64,000 nt of DNA. Origin: Chrysomallon squamiferum. Lineage: Eukaryota > Animalia > Mollusca. Every line of letters begins with the position of its first letter. The first letter of the stretch is position 1. Under the pieces are notes generated by a model. That model had not been told where the DNA came from and made no database searches. It worked only from the letters and a program-made list of their open reading frames with translations. The position numbers and the translations under genes were made by a program. Positions 55,388 through 64,000 of this stretch are shown here, in pieces. The stretch lies in assembly GCA_012295275.1 (NCBI GenBank), contig CM022678.1, positions 18,600,001-18,664,000 of the forward strand. The letters are read 5' to 3'.

Positions 55388-56587
55388 TAACGTCATCAGC
55401 CTTCGATCTGCGGGCGAATGGGTGTCATACGTTCGAGTCTCGTCAGCGGCATCTGACGGGTTTGTGAGGTCATGATTGGACTTTGTCCTCCTGCGCCAGT
55501 GCGTTCCCGAATATTGTCTGTGTATTCAGACACACATAAGACAGAGAATATTCAAAATTCTAAAAATTACATATATACATACATACATACATACATACAT
55601 ACAAGCATACATACATACATATATATAAACACGTAAAAAACACACACACACACACACATACATATTATATATACATACAAATATAAGTAAACAAAATAAT
55701 AATAAATACAAAAAATATAAAATCTCCCCATAAAAAAAAACAATAAAACCAAAAACCAACAACAAAAGAAAACGACAGAATATTACTAGTATAATTACAG
55801 AGTAAGAGAAAAAAGAAAGCAAAAAAAAAAAAAAAAAAAAAAAAAAGAAAAAGAATAAGAAATAAAAAAAAGTATAAAAGAAAAAAATGAAAAAGAAAAA
55901 AAAGAAAAGAAAAATAAAGTAAAAACATCTTTTCAGTAAAATCTGTTTTTTCTGTTTCTTACATTTTTTTAAATCAATATTTACGATTTCTTTCTCCATC
56001 CTGTAACCAGCTTCTCATTGACGAAACGGTCCGTTGTTCTTTTTGTTGTTCACTCCATAATTCCATCTACGTCTCGTACTCGGTGTTAATGGATCATTCG
56101 TCATTGTACACTGCGGTCTGTATCTCGTTCACAGATACCATTAGCAAGTTTCAGACAAAGCCACATATCTCGCTCTTTCGCGTTACAGTTCGTCAAAAAG
56201 AATTCCACACAGAAAATAATAATGAGATGCAGTCTCAGATCTGTACGATATTCTGAAAGATATTTAAAAACAGAAAGATTGCTGGAAAACAGAATTTTTT
56301 TTTTTTTTTTTTTTTTTTTTATGCTAACGATTTGCACTGTGTTCAACGATTCAGAAGATAAACTCTTAATGTAAATATTTGTTGGCGATCATCTTGAAGG
56401 AGTTTTGTATAACATGTTTCATTTAAAGGAATATCGTTAGGTGTGATTATTTTTGTTATACACGTCAGCATGTACAATGTTATATGAGGAAGTAGCGATG
56501 ACTAACGTGTACTATGTTACATAATATAAGTGTTCTCTGTACAGCTGGGATTTCTATCAGGTAAGAGTGTTATTATTATTATTGTTG

Positions 56588-56619
<32 letters not shown>

Positions 56620-57360
56620 TTTAATTTTTTTTTTTTTTTTTTTTTTGCTCTTTTGTTGTTGTTTTTTTTACCAGAAGCAAGATAAAATTTGATATGCGTA
56701 TCATAAAAAATACACAACGTATAAAAATATATAAAATTTTTGCAAAAAATATATGCATATTATATACACACATATGCACATATACCAGTAATAAATAAAT
56801 TTAAAAATAAAGAAAAGTTTAAAAAATAATAATAATGACAAACAAAAACAGATCAATGAAAAAGAAAACTCATACATCCATTCGTACATACAGTCATACA
56901 GGCATACACACTTACACATTCACACACATACATGCATATACAAACACACGTAAAAACCATCATATACATGCGTGTACACAAGCATAAATTCACATAGATA
57001 CATACATACACTAACGTATACGTACGTACATACACAGACATGTACAGACAGTCAGATGAACAAAGACTGATTAATACATTTCCCCAAAAGCAAAATATTA
57101 AAAACACGCAAAAGTGAGGAAAGAAAAGAACGGCGTGTTTCGTGTGAAATGATTGTTTAATGAGAGATCGTTTCAAGTTTTCTCTGGTCAGTTATGACGT
57201 CTAAATTCTGAGTGCAGACAACTGGGTGTCATACGTCCTAGTGTTGTCAACGCCATCTGACAGGGTTTGTGACGTCATAATTGTACGTCGTCCTTCTGTG
57301 CCGTTGTGTTCCCGAATAGTGTCTTTGTGCAGAGTCTAACCAGACTGCAGAATATTCATT
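55388..57360. repeat. Pair of diverged ~160-bp direct repeats (55388-55560 and 57192-57360)
   Basis: Shared core gggtgtcatacgt...catctgac(a)gggtttgtga(g/c)gtcat...gttcccgaata.tgtct. Confidence 0.7.
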
Positions 57361-57370
57361 CATAAATATA

Positions 57371-57422
<52 letters not shown>

Positions 57423-58650
57423 AAGATTCATATACATACAACAGAATGTTCGTTCCTAAAAACACGCCTCCACAAGAATAACAAATACACTCAGATATAA
57501 AACAGAAATGAAGAAGTTCATAGCGCTTATCGGGAAGCAGAGATTACCCTCGGAACAGTTTGACGTCCGCACCTGGTAAGGGGAAAATGGGTTCAGTATT
57601 ACACCCTGACTGTCGAGAAGCGATTCATGAAACTTAAGACTCTACCGTAACCATAGTTTCTGGGTTTTTTTTTTTTTTTTTTCTTCTTCTTTTTTTTTTA
57701 TGTAATTAATTTATAACCTATTATATTTTCTGTACACACTCATTCATCAGATGCTTAACATCTCCCATTAATTATACGCATCGATTTAATTAGCACGATT
57801 GAGAAATGGGAACGTCAGGAAAATGGCGGCTCGTTGTGTTTGCCAATCGATGCTGCACGCGGAAGCTGAACGTTGGAACCGTGCATCTGTCTGTCTTCCA
57901 TTGACCGAAGATAATTTGATATTTTATGACAAGACATTTAATTATTGCTAAGCCTCAGTCTCTGTCACTGTGTCAACCAATCCCGCAAACGTTCTCTGAA
58001 CTGAAATGCTTTGTATTGGACACGATACATTCACCTTAAACTTTTGAAGTGCGCTTTTGGGGTTTTTCGATCGAAACAAACAAAAGACTGTGTAGTGCTG
58101 ATGGTTTGGCTCAGACGAGTACCCAGGGTAAAGTGCACGTGTATTTTTAACTGTTATAACCTGTTGCAAAACTGATGTGATTCTTTTGTTCTGAAGTGTA
58201 CGTCGGTGAGTGATATTTGAGTTCGTAACGTGACCGATTTCTGAGTAAAATATAACAGTGATAGCCAGGAATTGTGTGTATATGTTTCAGAAATTACAAG
58301 CTTCTGTTTTTTTAAAATTTAAAATTATTTGTTTATCTGAAGAACACAGAGTTTATCCGGTTTGCTGTAATTAAGAGAACGTCTCTGTTTAGATATAACT
58401 CAAGTGGGTTGTTGTTGAAATATAACAGTCGTTTTGAAAATTAAATTTAAAACTTGTACAGTTATCTCTTCAGAACTGTCACTGTGTCTTTCAAACTTGT
58501 CATTTATTTCCTGTTTTCCTTTGTTTGGTTTGTTTTGTTTTATTTTATTTATTATTTAATTGTTTCGTGATTTTTAATTTATTTTTAATTTAATTTTTTT
58601 TTTTTTTCTCATTATTCCTTATTGATTTACTTACTTATTTAATTACTCAT

Positions 58651-58681
<31 letters not shown>

Positions 58682-59173
58682 TCTATACAGTTTAGTCCAG
58701 TTTAGTCTAGACTAGTCTAACGTAGTTTTGTTTTATTTATTTATTTGTATTTGTTTCTATTTTATTTTATTTCTTTCTAATTTCAAAAAAAAAAACGGGT
58801 GACATTGTATATGTAAACTTTAAAAAAAGTAAATGAATAAATCAGTAAATAAATAAATAATTATATAAAAAATATATATAACTGACATATTTATCGTTCG
58901 TTGCTCGGAATTTATCAAAAGAATCGCATGAATACTCATTGAAAGACCCGCACAGCACTTCCACTGCGGAAATCAAATGTGAATTGATTTTGAACAATTG
59001 TACAGCAGTGCCACTCGTATGATTTTAAAGATTTATTTTGATTTTGTATTTGGATTAAAAAACTGGGATGTGCATAACTAACTCTGTTATTTGTTTTGTT
59101 ATTTATAACACAAAATAATTTAGGTAATAATATATTTATCTATTATTTTGTTATTTATTTATTTATTTAGTCT

Positions 59174-59213
<40 letters not shown>

Positions 59214-59425
59214 CTTATGTATTTATTTGTTTATTTATTTATTTATCTATTATTTATTTATTTTATTTATTTTATTTTATTTATTTATTTATTTTTTATT
59301 TATTATGTATAGAGGTACAATCCACGGAATAAGTTTTTTTTTATATATATATATATCATTTGATACTGTTTCCATTTAATTACGTATTAACGTGTCTACA
59401 AATCTCGGACAACTTACAGAACAAA

Positions 59426-62400
59426 ATGCGGATGACAACAATAAGCCGAGTGTCCGTCATCCTCATCAGCGTCTTTCCGAGCCTCGCGCCCGGTCTGACG
59501 GTCACGCTGAACGGCGCTGGAGCCTCGTTTCCGCGTGACGTGTATGCGGCGTGGATTCCCGGCTACAAGTCGTTCAGGAGCCAGTTCAAGACGCTGGACA
59601 TGTCGTACGACGCGACGGACAGCGGGAGCGGTCAGTCGAGGATCAAGGGACTGACCGGTCCGCCTGTGGAGTACGCCGGGTCCGACTCGCTGCTGAAAAG
59701 TACGGACTACGAGCTGTACCCAGACCTGCAAATGTTTCCTACCATGGCTGGGTAAGCGGAGGCTTTTCTTCTTGTTGTTTTTGTTTTAGACCTGCAAATG
59801 TTTGCAAGGTAATCTGTTTGCAGATGTTTTAGATCTGCAAATGGTTGGGTAAGCGGACTGTTTTTTTGTTTGTTCAGATTGTTTGTTGTTGTTTTGTTTG
59901 TTGATTTATATCTACAAATGTTTCCTAGGTGACCATGGCTGTTTTTGTTTGTTGTGTTTATAGACAAATGTTTTGACTTGTTGTTTTTGTTTGTTGTGTT
60001 TATATCTGCAAATGTTTGCAAGGTGACTAGACTGTTTTTGTTTGTTTGTTTATATCTGCAAATGTTTCCAAGATTGGTAGACAGCTTTGTGTTTGTGTTT
60101 TTAGATTTACAAATGTTCACAAGATGACAGGATAAGTAGATAGTTTAATACATGTCCTCAGATCCACAAATATAGCAGGCATTTTGATATTCCGACATTT
60201 TGTTATCATTTCAAACGTACAACCTCTGTTTAACTGTGACTCAGCTGAAAATAAGTATCCGTGCTATTGCTACGTATTTACCAGCGGTATGTCTAATTGT
60301 ACTGCATCCCATATTTTATAGATAACTTATATTTGTACAACATCTTGTGTATATATATATATATATATATGACTATACAAACTACACTTATTCGTGACTG
60401 TTTAAATTACGTGTGTTATAATTTCAATTGTAGCGCTGTTGTTCTATCGTTTAACCTACCGGGAATAAGCTCTCTGAACCTCACCATGGAAAGTGTCGTG
60501 GGAATTTACATGGGGACGGTAACGTGGTGGAACGACTCGTCCATCGTTTCCATCAACCCTTCTATCCGGCTTCCTAGTCGTAAGGTAGTCCCAGTGGCGA
60601 GACAGGACAAGTCCGGCACAACGGAGATCTTCACTCGGGCCCTGTCGTCGTCGGACACGGAGTGGCAGCGTCGGTTCGGCGTCTTCAGCACCGGACTCGA
60701 CCCGGACGACCGCCCGTACGTCTGGGACCCCAGCGTCGTCAAAGTGTACGGGAAGTCCACGCGAGGAATGGCCGGGATGATCGTGTCGATAAAATACTCC
60801 GTCGGCTACCTCGTCATGTCTGACGCTGCCGTGTCCGGCCTCGACTACGCCAACCTCCAGAACAAAGCCGGGCACGTCGTGGAGCCGTCGGCGGCGTCGG
60901 TTCAACGGAGCATGGACGAGTTCGTCAGTTCGTTCGATTCCCGAATGACGACGTCTTTGGCGAACCCGACGAGTCCCGAAGCGTACCCGATAGCCGGGTA
61001 CACGTACATGATCGTCAGGCGAACCAGCATGGAGAACTGCGAGTCCGCCAAAGAGCTTGTGCGCTACATAGAGTGGTTTTACACTAACAAAATTCCCAGA
61101 CAGGACTGCGAGAGTCTGCTGATGACTCCTCTGTCCGAGAAGGTGTACGAGCTGGTGCTCAAGAAGGTGGTGTACAGAATGACGTGCAAAGGAAGGAACG
61201 TCGCTGAGATGGTGAGCGAAGAGAAGGAGAAAGAAGAACTCGTCCTCGACGTGTGGAGGATTCCGGTGTTTGTCATCGTGCCTCTCGTTGCACTGGCCAT
61301 CATCGCCGCTGTGCCGGGTTACCTCGTGTGGCAGAGAACGAAGACGTACCGAGCCGTATTAAACAACGAATGGAGAATCGATCCGAAAACCATCCAGTTC
61401 CAGAGCAGACGCAATTGTTCCAGACAGTCATCGAACAACGGCTACGGCAGCAACAGAATTGCTCCGTCGAACAGCACCCTGAACTCGGCGAGCGTGTCCA
61501 GCAACTCGGCCGTGACCGGCGAGTGGAACAGTCGGAGCGTGGCCTTGCACGAGAGTTTCGTCAGGGATCACCACCTCAAGTACCCGGTGAAGAAACGAGT
61601 GCTGTGGATGATAACGAAAATCTCCCACAAAAACGTGGCGTCGTTTTACGGCCTGGCCGAGATGAACGACGTCTACTTCACGGTGTCCGAGGACTGCTTC
61701 AAGAGTTCCATCGCTCATTTCTTGCGTCGCTCTCACCTCAACGCCACGGACGATCTCAAGTTCGCTATCGCCGGCGAGATAGCGACGGGGATGGCTTACC
61801 TGCACAGGAACAACGTCGTCCACGGCAGGCTGTCATGCGCGACGTGCTACTTCGACATCAACTGGCAGGTGAAAGTGTGCGAGTGGCAGGAGTGCGACGT
61901 GGCCGCGCTGTGCCAGGAAAACGTCGTCGAGTCCGACACTCGAAACGTCTCCACGTGGGACGCGCTCCAGTTCTGGACCGCTCCGGAGATTTTCCTCTTC
62001 GGAAGCAAACCGACGAAAGCCTGCGACATCTACAGCTTCGGCATCATCATGCAGGAGATTTTCAGCCGGGATCTTCCTTTCGTCAACTGCTGCAAGGACG
62101 CCTCGCCGGCGGAAGTCTTGGATCAGGTGATTTCCGGTTCCGTGCGGCCGCCGTATTCGCCGAATATCAACATCACGGCCAGAGTTCTGATGGAAGCGGC
62201 CTGGGAAATGGATCCAGCAGGCAGATCTTCTTTCGCGACTCTGCAGCAAGGAATCGTGAAGGCTTTTCCCAAGCAGAGGACGATAATGGACTGCATAGTT
62301 CGATCTCTGGAGCAGTACGTCGCGGAGTTGGAAACCCAGGTGTGTTCTGCAGACGACGCTGTTGACAACGACGTGTTGCACAAAGCTGCAGACTTCCACA

Positions 62401-63558
62401 GTTTAGAGTTCTACACGGATCCGTTAAACCTGCAAGAGTACATCTCCGTCACAGTGCTGTCCCTCAACGTGCAGGGTCAGTCCATTGTTTGTTTGTTTGT
62501 TTGTTTGTTTGTGTGCTTGTTTGTTTGTTTGTTTGTTTGTTTGTGTGCTTGTTTGTTTATTCATAAATATTTATTTATTTATTTATTGTATTTTGTTTTT
62601 TATTTATTTATGTATTTATTTATTTATGTATTTATTATTGATTGTTTTATTGTTGTTTTGATTTTCTCTCTCTCTATCTCACAGTCTCTCTCTCTCTAGC
62701 TCTGTATGTGTGTGTGTATGTGTTTGAACGCATCATAATTGAAACATCATCATCATCATATTAGTCGTAGTAATAATAATAATAATAATGTACATATGTA
62801 CGTACGTATGTATGTATGTCTCTACGTATGTGTGTGTACATCTGTATAAATACATGTTAATGTGTTGTATCTGACTATACTAGCTTCACAAATATCTAAA
62901 TTTACATCTTCATCTGTTTATTTATTTATGTATTCATTCATTCATGAATTTATTAGTGATTGTTTTACTGTTGTTTTGATTTTTTTTTTCTATCAAAGAC
63001 ATGTTCTTACATCTGTATAAATAGATGTTCATATATTCTATCTAACTACACTAGCATAACAAATAAATAAATATTACTTCTGTTCTAGGTATTGACGAAC
63101 TGATGAAAACTCGGGACGTGAACAAAACTCTGGATCTTCTCAGCCAGCTCGGCAGCACGTGGAACAAAATTGTTTCAGATTCCGGCATCATCGTCTTCGA
63201 CGTTTCCTCCGACGGCTTCAAGCTGTTGTCGGGCGCGCCGGAACTGTGTCACGACCACGTGGGCCTCATCGCTAAGACCGGCGTATCTGTGTTACAGGCG
63301 TCCAGGACCGTCTTGAACTGCAACGACATGACGAATGTTCTAGACATCAGGGTTGGCATAGCAACCGGCTCCGTTATGATGGACGCCGGGGCTTTTTCCT
63401 GTTCCAGACTGGTCGTTCTGGGAGAGACTGTGAGTCTGGCGAGATTTTTGATGAATTCGGCGGAACCGGGAAGTATTCTGTTGTCCGAGAAATCGGAAAT
63501 CGTTCTTCAGAGTTTGAACAAGTGGACGATCTACCAGAACAAACACATTCTTTACAAG
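59426..63558 (+). CDS. Single-pass receptor: signal peptide, PstS-type phosphate-binding domain, TM, kinase-homology domain, degenerate guanylyl-cyclase domain; at least 946 aa, 3' end not identified in the window
   Basis: Exons 59426-59751, 60434-62475, 63089-63558 (GT-AG, phases 2 and 1, total 2838 nt in frame); donor after TACAAG at 63558. PstS motifs LNGAGASFP..VYAAW, DSGSG, YAGSD, FPTMAGAVVLSFNLPG, IYMGTVTWWND, ARQDKSGTTEIFT, SVGY, LQNKAG, AYPIAGYTYMIV. TM IPVFVIVPLVALAIIAAVPGYLVW. Kinase-homology motifs GMAYLH, HGRL, FWTAPE, DIYSFGIIMQEI. Hinge IMDCIVRSLEQYVAELE. Cyclase motifs SVTVL, SGAP, IRVGIATGSV, LGETVSLA. Confidence 0.9.
59720..60130 (+). repeat. Degenerate ~50-55 bp tandem repeat derived from the exon-1 end and donor of the PstS receptor
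   Basis: Recurrent (a/t)(g/t)a(c/t)ctgcaaatgttt motif at ~59722, 59788, 59831, 59907, 60003, 60053 and 60103; duplicated gggtaagcgga at 59750 and 59847. Confidence 0.75.
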
Positions 63559-63968
63559 GTAGTCAGATTGTATTCGTTGGTTCATTTAAAAGCTATTTAT
63601 TTATTTATTAATTTATTTATTTATTTATTTATTTGTTTTTTATTATTTATTTATTTATTTATTTTATATTTTTATTTTTTATTTATTTATTTATTTGTTT
63701 GTTTATTTGTTTATTTGTTCATTGTTTGTTTGTTTTTGTTTGCGTTGTTGGAGATGGCTGTGATAATGAGTGTGGTGTATCATTGTAATAATAATGATGA
63801 TAATAATAGTAGACGTCGCTGTAGTAGTAGAATTAGTGGTAGCATCAATTGTCAAGCAGGAAGCGGCAGTAGTAGTATTAGCAGCAGCAGTTGTAGTAGT
63901 TAGTAGGAATATTATTAAGAATTAAGTAGTAGTAGTAGTAGTGGTGGTAGTAGTACTAATAGTAGTAA

Positions 63969-64000
<32 letters not shown>

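Noticed and set aside
59426-61200. Bacterial contamination or a pst operon
   Set aside because: The PstS-like domain has a GT-AG intron, is fused in frame to eukaryotic kinase/cyclase domains, and no pstC/pstA/pstB/phoU genes are present.
61253-62399. 370-aa same-strand alternative-frame ORF and minus-strand ORFs within the receptor's large exon
   Set aside because: Arg/Gln/Gly-rich composition typical of off-frame reading of GC3-rich codons. There is no independent evidence, although ribosome profiling could test it.
50489-63558. Functional coupling of the esterase array and the phosphate receptor (e.g. organophosphate handling)
   Set aside because: Only adjacency supports it; nothing in the sequence indicates phosphatase activity or shared regulation.
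62476-63903. Hydrophobic C-terminal extensions of ORFs 60297-62699 and 63103-63903 as extra TM segments
   Set aside because: Read-through past donors at 62475 and 63558 into (TTTG)n/(TTTA)n intronic repeats.

Overview
Intron-rich, microsatellite-dense, AT-rich animal genomic DNA, probably an invertebrate such as a mollusc (inference). Left to right it contains four things. (1) The 5' part of a rhodopsin-type GPCR on the minus strand, running off the left edge and absent from the ORF track. (2) A 9-coding-exon OATP/SLCO organic anion transporter on the minus strand, whose last exon lacks a normal splice acceptor. (3) A tandem array of seven ~5-kb units, each with a 3-coding-exon cholinesterase-like carboxylesterase on the minus strand. 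Four are intact, two have single-base frameshifts that may be assembly errors, and one is a decayed pseudogene. The copies show patchwork exchange of active-site loops and repeated loss of the GPI-type tail. (4) The most striking feature: a spliced plus-strand gene for a single-pass receptor. It has a signal peptide, a bacterial PstS-type phosphate-binding domain with all phosphate ligands apparently intact, a TM helix, a receptor-guanylyl-cyclase-type pseudokinase domain and a catalytically degenerate cyclase domain. This makes it a candidate animal extracellular phosphate sensor. Most other ORFs in the track are microsatellite or shadow artefacts. All family assignments come from motif recognition by eye; no database searches were run.
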